A DNA stretch of 32,000 nucleotides from Delftia acidovorans NBRC 14950 (GTDB lineage Bacteria > Pseudomonadota > Gammaproteobacteria > Burkholderiales > Burkholderiaceae_C): contig NZ_BCZP01000022.1 in NCBI RefSeq assembly GCF_001598795.1, positions 61,096 to 93,095 of the forward strand, read 5' to 3'. Of this stretch, positions 16,386-23,250 are shown in pieces; the stretch's first letter is position 1; each line of letters begins with the position of its first letter. The notes below the pieces were generated by a model. That model saw only the letters and a list, made by a program, of their open reading frames with translations, was not told the origin of the DNA and made no database searches. A program made the position numbers and the translations under genes.

Positions 16386-17635
16386 TATTCTTTTGAAAAC
16401 AGCAATCCCGGATTGTCTCGCACCGAGGCCAGGGTCCGCTGCTCCTGCGCCCTATCCCCGGCACGGCCGTGGCGCACTACGGAATAGACAGGGCCTTCGC
16501 CCTCGTCTTCACCTTCTGCCCGCAGCACCACCGTGGCCGGCGCCTGCCGCGCGCAGCCCTTGGCGCATCCGGTCACATGCAGGTGCGCGCCGTGGGGCAC
16601 CTGCGGCGCCAGCTCCAGCGCCAGGGCCTGCGTGGGACCCAGGGCCTGGGTGCAGCCCGGCGCGCCGGTACAGGCGGATACGCGCAGGCGCGGGTCATGG
16701 GCGTGGGTGATCCAGTCAGCGGCGTTGTCCAGCCCTGCAGCCGCCCACCCGCAAGGCAGGGCGGCGCCAGCTTCCGCGTTTTCGTCTTCCACCAGCAGCA
16801 TGCGCCAGGGTGTCACACGCAAAAAGGCCTGCTCAGGCAAGGCGCGCACCAGCCGCGCCAGCGCCACGGCCGGCAAGCGGCCCAGCGGCGCGCCCAGCAG
16901 CCAGCCCACGCCGGGCACGGCACCGGGCGCCGGTCCTTCGCCGTGGACCGGGGTTTCTGTCTCCACCCAGTCCAGTCCGGGGGGCGGCTGCAGTTGCGCC
17001 GCCACCGCGGCCATGCGTCCGGGCCGCAAGCCCTGGGCGCGGCGAAGAGAGGCCTGACCGGCAAACCAGCGCGCCAGCGCCAGGCCTGCGGCCACGGCCT
17101 GGTCCGCCTCGGCCACGGCCAGCGCCTGCTGCCGTCCATCGGGCTGCACCAGCCAGCCGGTGGAGGTGCGCTGCAGGCGGATATCGGCGGACACGCCGGC
17201 CAGCCGGCCCGGCGCGCCCTCCACCGACCAGCCGAACTTGGCCGGCAGCCCCGCCAGGTCGTCGGCCGCATCCAGTGCCTGCTGCAGGGCCTGGCCCAGC
17301 GCATGGACGGCCTCCTGCGGCCGGCACAGCGGGTCGATCACCAAGTTGCGGCGGCGCTCGCGGCCCGCGTCGGCGTCCAGCAGGCCCACGGCCGCCAGGG
17401 CGCGCAGCACGGCGGCGTGCCGCCCGGGCGCAATGCCGCGCAACTGCACATTGGCGCGGCTGGACAGCTCCAGCGCGCCGTTGCCATGCACCCAGGCCAG
17501 GCGCGCCAGCCGCCGCGCCTGGGCCACCGTCAGGCGGCCCAGCGGCGGGCGCACGCGCAGCACCAGCCCATCGCCGGAGGCCATGGGCTGCCAGGCGCCG
17601 GGGCACCAGCCTTGGATGTGGGGAGGGGTATGCAT
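16385..17635 (-). CDS. cobG: Precorrin-3B synthase (oxygen-dependent, sulfite/nitrite reductase-like)
   Basis: Start taken at MHTPPHIQGWCPGAWQPMASGDGLVLRVR (17635). The C-terminal Cys cluster is SACTGAPGCTQA...VTGCAKGCA. The stop shares 1 nt with the cobH ATG. Confidence 0.85.
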   Translation of the reverse strand: MHTPPHIQGWCPGAWQPMASGDGLVLRVRPPLGRLTVAQARRLARLAWVHGNGALELSSRANVQLRGIAPGRHAAVLRALAAVGLLDADAGRERRRNLVIDPLCRPQEAVHALGQALQQALDAADDLAGLPAKFGWSVEGAPGRLAGVSADIRLQRTSTGWLVQPDGRQQALAVAEADQAVAAGLALARWFAGQASLRRAQGLRPGRMAAVAAQLQPPPGLDWVETETPVHGEGPAPGAVPGVGWLLGAPLGRLPAVALARLVRALPEQAFLRVTPWRMLLVEDENAEAGAALPCGWAAAGLDNAADWITHAHDPRLRVSACTGAPGCTQALGPTQALALELAPQVPHGAHLHVTGCAKGCARQAPATVVLRAEGEDEGEGPVYSVVRHGRAGDRAQEQRTLASVRDNPGLLFSKE

Positions 17636-17688
17636 GGGGTAGGGGCCCCGACTGTAGCGCCGGCGCACCCGGCATCCCAGGTGCAAGA

Positions 17689-17748
17689 CCCGCATGCGTT
17701 CATGAAATGCGGGCTTTCTTGATCCAGCCCGCCTGGGAAGCGGGCTGG
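17689..17748 (-). promoter_or_regulatory. Two stable hairpins in the cobG 5' leader
   Basis: Hairpin A: cccgcat (17689-17695) pairs with atgcggg (17707-17713). Hairpin B: ccagcccgc (17724-17732) pairs with gcgggctgg (17740-17748). On the minus-strand RNA, B precedes A, and A is followed by UCUUG. Confidence 0.3.
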
Positions 17749-17760
17749 TAACGCCTAACA

Positions 17761-17882
17761 CCCATCTAGCCTAAATTTGTCAATTCAAGTTGAAATTTAA
17801 CAATTCACCCTTAGGGTTTTATCAAATTGATCATTTATTTTTGATAGAAACTGATACTTGCACCACCTACCTGGAAAGCGCC
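17761..17882. promoter_or_regulatory. AT-rich divergent promoter region (cobG operon / chemoreceptor gene) with several short symmetric elements
   Basis: Sharp drop in G+C seen by eye. The palindrome ttcaagttgaa sits at 17784-17794. The direct repeat caattca occurs at 17781 and 17801. The inverted repeat tatcaaa (17820-17826) pairs with tttgata (17840-17846). Confidence 0.4.
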
Positions 17883-19670
17883 ATGAATCTCCGCACCTGG
17901 ACCGTCAAGACCAAGCTCTACGCCGCCTTTACCGCCCTGGCTTTACTGGTCGCACTGGTTTCCGTATCTGCCCTTCATGCGCTGGACGGTTCCGACCGCA
18001 ACCTGACGCAGTTCGTCGACGGCGTGAACGCCCGCGCCCATCTGGCCGAACAGGTGCGCGCGGCCGTGGACAGCCGCGCCATCGCGGCGCGCAACCTGGT
18101 GCTGGTGAACACGCCAGCCGATCTGGACATGGAAAAAACGGCCGTGTACGCCGCCCATGCTGCGGTCAAGTCCCACCTGGACCAGCTCAAGGCCCTTGTG
18201 GCCGCGCCCGGGGTGGGCGAGGAGGCTCGCGCCCTGGTCGCCCGCATCGACCAGATAGAGCAGCGCTACGGCCCGGTGGCGCTGGACATCGTTTCGCTGG
18301 CGCTGCGCCAGCAAAGGGACGAGGCCATTGCCAAGATGAACAGCGAGTGCCGGCCGCTGCTGGCCCAGCTGATCGCGGCCACCGACGAGTACAGCCGGCT
18401 CACGCGCCAGCACGCCCAGGTCATGGTGGAGCAGGCCACGCAGTCCTATGTGCAGCAACGCAACATGCAGATCGGCGTGAGCGCGGTCGCCTTCGTGCTG
18501 GCCCTGCTCATGGGCCGGCTGATCGCACGCGGCCTGACACGCGCGCTGGGGGCCGAGCCTGCCCAGCTCGGTGAAGTCGCCCGCCAGATCGCCGACGGCA
18601 ACCTCGACCCCGGACTGGTGCGCAGCGAAGCGCCCGCAGGCAGCGTGCAGGCCTCGCTCAACGCCATGCACCAGAGCCTGGCCAGCGTGGTCAGCGATGT
18701 GCGCAACAACGCCGACAGCGTGGCCGTGGCCAGCGAGCAGATCGCCAAGGGCAATGCCGACCTGAGCCGCCGCACCGAGCAGCAGGCCAGCGCGCTGCAG
18801 GAAACCGCAGCCTCCATGGACGAACTGTCTTCCACCGTGCAGCAGAACGCGGACAACGCGCGCCAGGTCAACCAGCTCGCGCGCGGCGCCAGCCAGGTGG
18901 CGGTCAAGGGCGGCGCCGTGGTGCAGGAAGTAGTGGGCGCCATGCAGGACATCCATGCCAGCTCGCGCCAGATCGGCGACATCGTGGGCGTGATCGACTC
19001 CATCGCCTTCCAGACCAACATCCTGGCCCTGAACGCCGCCATCGAGGCCGCGCGTGCCGGCGAGCAGGGCAAGGGCTTCGCCGTGGTGGCCGCCGAGGTA
19101 CGCACCCTGGCCCAGCGCAGCGCGCAGGCCGCCCGCGAGATCAAGCAGCTCATCACTGACAGCGCCACGCGCGTCAGCCAGGGCGCGGAGCTGGCCGACC
19201 AGGCCGGCGCCACCATGGCCGAGGTGCTGCAATCCATACAGCGCGTGACCGACCTCATGGGCGAGATCAGCAACGCCAGCGACGAGCAAAGCGCCGGTGT
19301 GGCCCAGGTCGGGCAGGCCATGAGCCAGATGGACCAGGTCACGCAGCAAAACGCCGCCCTGGTGGAGGAAAGCGCGGCGGCGGCCTCCAGCCTCAAGTCC
19401 CAGGCCCAGCGCCTGGTGCAGGCCGTGGCCATCTTCCGCCTGGGCCATCAGGGCAATGTGCCCCAGCAGCCGGGTTTTCAGGCGCCGCTGCCGGCGTCCG
19501 TGCCCATGCGCGCGGCCACGGCATCTGCGTTGGCGCCAGCCAAGCCTGCACGTGCACCTGCTTCTGCTCCTGCCCCCGTGCGGACGGCAGCTGCTGCTCG
19601 CACCTCGCCCCCTGCACGCATCGCTGCGGCCAGCCCGCCTGCCGAATCGCAGGACTGGACCAGCTTCTGA
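17883..19670 (+). CDS. Methyl-accepting chemotaxis protein (four-helix-bundle sensor, HAMP, MA domain)
   Basis: Start at [26 protein letters not shown], with GGAAAG 6 nt upstream. The highly conserved signalling hairpin is [42 protein letters not shown] long Ala/Pro tail ends in DWTSF. Confidence 0.92.
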   Translation: MNLRTWTVKTKLYAAFTALALLVALVSVSALHALDGSDRNLTQFVDGVNARAHLAEQVRAAVDSRAIAARNLVLVNTPADLDMEKTAVYAAHAAVKSHLDQLKALVAAPGVGEEARALVARIDQIEQRYGPVALDIVSLALRQQRDEAIAKMNSECRPLLAQLIAATDEYSRLTRQHAQVMVEQATQSYVQQRNMQIGVSAVAFVLALLMGRLIARGLTRALGAEPAQLGEVARQIADGNLDPGLVRSEAPAGSVQASLNAMHQSLASVVSDVRNNADSVAVASEQIAKGNADLSRRTEQQASALQETAASMDELSSTVQQNADNARQVNQLARGASQVAVKGGAVVQEVVGAMQDIHASSRQIGDIVGVIDSIAFQTNILALNAAIEAARAGEQGKGFAVVAAEVRTLAQRSAQAAREIKQLITDSATRVSQGAELADQAGATMAEVLQSIQRVTDLMGEISNASDEQSAGVAQVGQAMSQMDQVTQQNAALVEESAAAASSLKSQAQRLVQAVAIFRLGHQGNVPQQPGFQAPLPASVPMRAATASALAPAKPARAPASAPAPVRTAAAARTSPPARIAAASPPAESQDWTSF

Positions 19671-19688
19671 GGCCGGGAATCCGCACGC

Positions 19689-20840
19689 ATGCGCCGCTAC
19701 CGCTCCTGCACCGCGCCCCTGGACAAGGCTGCGCAGGTGCGCGAACTGGAAGAGTTCTTCCGCGGGCAAAACCCCATCGACCTCGCTGCGGCCGACTGGC
19801 ACACGCGCATGGAGCAAGGCCTGACCGCCGAGGAAGAAGCCGAATTCACTGAATGGCTGGCAGCCAGCACGGCGCACGAGGCTGCCTTGCGCCACCTGGG
19901 CCAGAGCCTGGCGGCAGCGCGGTCCACTCCCCCCGAACAGGTGGCACGCCTGCGCGCGGAGCAGGCACGCAGGCGCTCGCAGTCGGCGCCTCACGCACAC
20001 CCGGAACCGGCCCCGCAGCGCCCGTCCTCCGAAGAGCGCCAAGGCTGGAGCTGGTCCCGCCTGCTGCCGCGCCCTGCCCTGGCGGCCCTGTGCTGCACGG
20101 TGGCCCTGGTCCTGACCCTGGTCCTGGCCGTGGGCGTGGGCTGGCACCAGTGGCAGCAGCAACCCACCTTCACCAGCAGCCACCTGACCCCACGGGGCCA
20201 GGCCAGGACCATCACCTTGCCGGATGGCACCGCACTGTCCCTGGATGCCGATACCCAGGCGCAGGTGGCCCTGTACCGCGACCGGCGCGAGGTGCGCATC
20301 ACGCAAGGGCAGATCCTGTTTGCCGTGGCGCTCGACAGCGCCAGGCCCTTTCATGTGCTGGCCGGCCCGGCGCGCGTCACCGTGGGCGGCACGCGGTTTT
20401 CCGTGCGCTATCGCGCCACGGGCATGGAGGCGGGCAGCGTGCAGGTAGCCGTGCAGGAAGGCCATGTGCGTGTGGCCGGCGCGCAAGGCACGGCAGCCGC
20501 TGGCGCCGCGCCCGCCGCCCTGGTCGCGGGCCAGGCCCTGAGCGTGTCGCCTGCAGGCGTGCTCGGTCCGGTGTCGGCTGTGGCGCCCGGCAGCATTGCG
20601 CTGTGGCGCAAGGGACTGATCCGCTTCGAGAACACGCCCCTGGCCGACGCCCTGGCCGAGCTGGAGCGCTACGGGCCGACCGGCCTGGTGGTGCACGACC
20701 CGGCCGTGGCGGCCCTGCGCATTGGCGGCACCTACCAGACCAATCGCCCCGCCGAGTTCGCACGCATGCTGGCCCAGATCCTGCCTGTCACTCTGGTGGC
20801 CGGGCCTGATGGCCAGACCGAGATTGCCGCTGCGCCTTGA
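19689..20840 (+). CDS. FecR family transmembrane sensor / anti-sigma factor-like protein
   Basis: 383 aa. The N-terminal AADWHTRMEQGLTAEEEAEFTEWLAASTAHEAALRHL is anti-sigma-like. It has a single TM segment (ALAALCCTVALVLTLVLAVGVGW). The FecR domain reads ITLPDGTALSLDADTQAQVALYRDRREVRITQGQILFAV...GTRFSV. The C-terminal part is LIRFENTPLADALAELERY. Confidence 0.85.
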   Translation: MRRYRSCTAPLDKAAQVRELEEFFRGQNPIDLAAADWHTRMEQGLTAEEEAEFTEWLAASTAHEAALRHLGQSLAAARSTPPEQVARLRAEQARRRSQSAPHAHPEPAPQRPSSEERQGWSWSRLLPRPALAALCCTVALVLTLVLAVGVGWHQWQQQPTFTSSHLTPRGQARTITLPDGTALSLDADTQAQVALYRDRREVRITQGQILFAVALDSARPFHVLAGPARVTVGGTRFSVRYRATGMEAGSVQVAVQEGHVRVAGAQGTAAAGAAPAALVAGQALSVSPAGVLGPVSAVAPGSIALWRKGLIRFENTPLADALAELERYGPTGLVVHDPAVAALRIGGTYQTNRPAEFARMLAQILPVTLVAGPDGQTEIAAAP

Positions 20841-20893
20841 GCACGGAGGCGGGGCGCCGGGGCCGCGCGGCGGTTGATCGAACAGCTCGGTCG

Positions 20894-21604
20894 TCAGCTT
20901 CCCCGCAGCCGGCGCCGGTGTTCGATCACCGTGCCCAGCAGAACCAGTCGGTTCCTGTCGCTGCGCAGCACGGCATGGTCTTCGTTGAGCGGTACCAGAT
21001 CAAAGACCTCGGTGCCGTCCTCTCCCACTCCGCGCACGCGGTACTTTCTGAGCAGCACCTGCCGCTTGCCATTCCTGGCCAGCACATGGTCGCCGGGCCG
21101 GGGGCTGGCCTGGGGATCGATCAGCACACGGTCGCCCTCGCGCAATTCGGGCGACATGGCATCGCCCTCCAGCGCAAGAAAAAACGCACCGGGCGATGCG
21201 TTGTCCTTGCCGAATTCGATGTCCAGGGTTTCAGCGGGATCGGGAAATGCGCCGTCATCTGCCAGGGATGCAGCCTGGGCATGCGAGAGAACGGGATATT
21301 GGCGCAATCCTTTGGGAAACTCGGGCAGATTGGTGCCGGGCGTGTCCCCATCTGGAAGCAGGGCCGGCAAATCGGAAACCATCTTCACCAGCCTGGGACT
21401 GATTTCGAAAAGCGAAACCTTCAAGCCCTTGGCATACGCAATGCCCGCCTCCAGGCTGATGGGCCGGTTGCCGCTTTGGTGCTGGGAGACCATGGAGGAG
21501 CCGCCAGGAATGCCGGCCTTCTCTGCGAACTCGGCCTTGCTTTTCACAGTAGAGAGCAGGCGCTTGAGGTTCGCCGCCTCTTGCTCGGTGGTCCAAACTT
21601 TCAT
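20894..21604 (-). CDS. Lambda CI-like repressor (XRE-type HTH plus S24 LexA-like peptidase domain) with substituted catalytic Ser and cleavage-site Gly
   Basis: 236 aa. The N-terminal FAEKAGIPGGSSMVSQHQSGNRPISLEAGIAYAKGLKVSLFEISPRL aligns with the lambda CI HTH region. The linker YPVLSHAQAAS aligns with lambda YPVFSHVQAGM. The C-terminal FFLALEGDAMSPELREGDRVLIDP...LLRKY aligns with FWLEVEGNSM...FKKL. Confidence 0.9.
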   Translation of the reverse strand: MKVWTTEQEAANLKRLLSTVKSKAEFAEKAGIPGGSSMVSQHQSGNRPISLEAGIAYAKGLKVSLFEISPRLVKMVSDLPALLPDGDTPGTNLPEFPKGLRQYPVLSHAQAASLADDGAFPDPAETLDIEFGKDNASPGAFFLALEGDAMSPELREGDRVLIDPQASPRPGDHVLARNGKRQVLLRKYRVRGVGEDGTEVFDLVPLNEDHAVLRSDRNRLVLLGTVIEHRRRLRGS

Positions 21605-21605
21605 G

Positions 21606-21664
21606 TAGCGATGCTAATAATCGAAACCATTAGCAATGCTTTTCATTTTTTGATAGCTATGCTA
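21606..21664. promoter_or_regulatory. Three operator-like palindromes TAGC-N3-GCTA in the 70-bp divergent intergenic region
   Basis: tagcGATgcta at 21606-21616, tagcAATgctt at 21631-21641 and tagcTATgcta at 21654-21664. Centre-to-centre spacings are 25 and 23 bp. The first lies 1 nt from the repressor ATG and the third 10 nt from the ATG at 21675. Confidence 0.6.
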
Positions 21665-21674
21665 AATTTTTCCC

Positions 21675-22379
21675 ATGAAAAATGCAGCCAGCAAAACCCT
21701 GTTCCACCGTTTCATCCCCGGCCTGCGCTTCCACTCGTTCTGGTACTACCAGGCACGCGGCTCCACGGGCAGGGTGCGCTGGGCGCGGCTGCCCATGGTG
21801 TCCGACGCCTGTGCGCTGGCCGATCCCCATGGCGCATGGTGGTGTGCGCAGCGGTGCGCCGCCGTTTTGGCGCAGCGGCCATGGCGGTCCATGCAACTGC
21901 CGCCCGGCCTGCCTGCGCAGCCGGATGCCCGCCAGATGGCGCATGTCCTGCAGCAATGGCTGCCGGGCTGGAGCGCTGCGCCGGCCAGCGTGCAGGTCTG
22001 TGCCCACGCGCTTGAGAACGGCGGCAGTGCGCTGCTGCAGCTGCATGTCTGGGCCAGGAGCGCGCCCAGCATTCTTTGGGCATGGGTGGTAGGGGTGGAG
22101 GTCCAGGCGCGCCAATCCCTTCAGGGGCTGGCGCCTGCGCCAGGCAGCCTGCAAGCCGGGCACCTGTCCCCGCGAGCCCTGCTGATCGTTCCCTTCGGCC
22201 AGGACATGCCCTGGGCCACCGGCCATACCGCCCGGGTTCGCCTGCATGCACGGGGACCTCAACCGCACGGGCCACATGAAGTGGTGGCGCAGGACGGCTG
22301 CTGGTTTGAAGACAGTGGCCTGGATGCCGTGTTGCTGAAGCCGGTCTTGCGCGTTCAGGATGAGCGCGTATCCCTATGA
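21675..22379 (+). CDS. Hypothetical Trp/Arg-rich protein (234 aa), divergent from the CI-like repressor
   Basis: By my hand count about 80 percent of the first 60 codons end in G or C, which fits coding sequence. The competing minus-strand ORFs translate to Arg/Ala/Pro junk. No Shine-Dalgarno sequence and no recognisable family motif. The start is uncertain (alternative ATG at 21795). Confidence 0.55.
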   Translation: MKNAASKTLFHRFIPGLRFHSFWYYQARGSTGRVRWARLPMVSDACALADPHGAWWCAQRCAAVLAQRPWRSMQLPPGLPAQPDARQMAHVLQQWLPGWSAAPASVQVCAHALENGGSALLQLHVWARSAPSILWAWVVGVEVQARQSLQGLAPAPGSLQAGHLSPRALLIVPFGQDMPWATGHTARVRLHARGPQPHGPHEVVAQDGCWFEDSGLDAVLLKPVLRVQDERVSL

Positions 22380-22382
22380 AGA

Positions 22383-22412
22383 GCCAGATGGGGCCAGATG
22401 GCGCCAGATGGC
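22383..22412. repeat. Three tandem 10-bp direct repeats GCCAGATGG(G/C)
   Basis: gccagatggg gccagatggc gccagatggc, read directly. The array begins 4 nt after the stop of the hypothetical ORF and lies about 140 nt upstream of the DsbG-like gene. Confidence 0.9.
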
Positions 22413-22553
22413 GCAAGCGATTTCCTATAACGATGGAACGCGGTGGATGCACTCCGACTCACACTGTCCGCAGCTGTTGCCACAGCACCAGGCGCTGCAC
22501 CCTTGCCGCACAGCGCCGCCCCCTCATTCATTCAACCGTTTCAAGGAGTTCCC

Positions 22554-23156
22554 ATGCATCTTCAACGCACCGTCCTTTTTGCAGGCATGGCTGCCAGCCT
22601 CTTTCTGGCGGCGGGATGGGCCACGGCCGCAGAAGGCCCTGCCACGGCCCAGGCACCCCAGGCCAAGGTCCAGGCCGCCAAGCCGGCGGGCGACACCGTG
22701 CAGTCGCAGCTGGAGGCCTCCACCTGGGTGCCCGACGGCAAGGCCGATGCGCCGCGCGTGATCTATACCTTCACCGACCCCAACTGCAAGTACTGCCACA
22801 AGTTCTGGGAGGCCGCACGCCCCTGGGTGGATGCAGGCAAGGTGCAGCTGCGCCACATCCTGGTGGGCATGATCCGGGACGACAGCCCGGCCAAGGCCGC
22901 CGCCATCCTGCAGGCCCCGGACCGCGCGGCCGCACTGATGGAGCACGAGAAGAAGTCCGCCCAGGGCGGCATAGCCCCCGCCTTCAGCGTCAGCCCCGAC
23001 GTGCGCAAGACGCTGGAGGCCCACCGCAAGCTGATGATGTCCCTGGGGTTCCGTGGCACGCCGGGCATCGTGGTGATCGACAGCCAGGGCGGCACCAAGA
23101 GCTATGGCGGCATGCCGCGCGATGCGGCCCTGCCCGAGGTGTTCGGGGCGCTGTGA
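22554..23156 (+). CDS. DsbC/DsbG-family periplasmic thiol:disulfide interchange protein
   Basis: Start at MHLQRTVLFAGMAASLFLAAGWATA (signal peptide), preceded by AAGGAG at 22543-22548. It has the thioredoxin-fold CxxC motif FTDPNCKYCHKFW and the cis-Pro region RGTPGIVV. The N-terminal dimerisation region looks short. Confidence 0.82.
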   Translation: MHLQRTVLFAGMAASLFLAAGWATAAEGPATAQAPQAKVQAAKPAGDTVQSQLEASTWVPDGKADAPRVIYTFTDPNCKYCHKFWEAARPWVDAGKVQLRHILVGMIRDDSPAKAAAILQAPDRAAALMEHEKKSAQGGIAPAFSVSPDVRKTLEAHRKLMMSLGFRGTPGIVVIDSQGGTKSYGGMPRDAALPEVFGAL

Positions 23157-23250
23157 ACGGGCTGCCGTGAACGGGACGCCAGGTGGTGCCCACACCTCGG
23201 CAGCCACGAGTAGCATGGCCGGCAGGATCACCACTGCGGAGAACGCCACC

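Noticed and set aside
17820-17866. FliA (sigma-28) promoter for the chemoreceptor gene
   Set aside because: TCAA-N15/16-TTGATAG and CTGATAC only loosely resemble TAAA-N15-GCCGATAA (about 5 of 8 in the -10 element). That is too weak to call.
17636-17882. Cobalamin riboswitch upstream of cobG
   Set aside because: I searched both strands by eye. GGGAAG and ACTGTAG-like fragments exist only on the plus strand and in the wrong order. No B12 box was found on the minus strand. I kept this as a finding about the unexplained hairpins rather than calling a riboswitch. A covariance-model search is needed to be sure.
17943-20696. 917-aa minus-strand ORF spanning the MCP and FecR genes
   Set aside because: Low-complexity Arg/Ala/Gly/His translation that crosses two well-supported plus-strand genes. 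It is a G+C-driven lack of stop codons, not a gene.
20894-21604. Interpreting the S24 repressor as the host LexA
   Set aside because: The N-terminal domain is an XRE/lambda-CI-type HTH, not the LexA winged helix. The operators (TAGC-N3-GCTA) do not resemble the CTGT-N8-ACAG SOS boxes of proteobacterial LexA. The catalytic Ser and cleavage-site Gly are both substituted.
21712-22452. 246-aa and 206-aa minus-strand ORFs overlapping the unknown gene at 21675-22379
   Set aside because: Both translate to Arg/Pro/Ala/Gly-rich sequence typical of non-coding frames. The plus-strand frame has the expected third-position G/C bias and begins right at the operator region.
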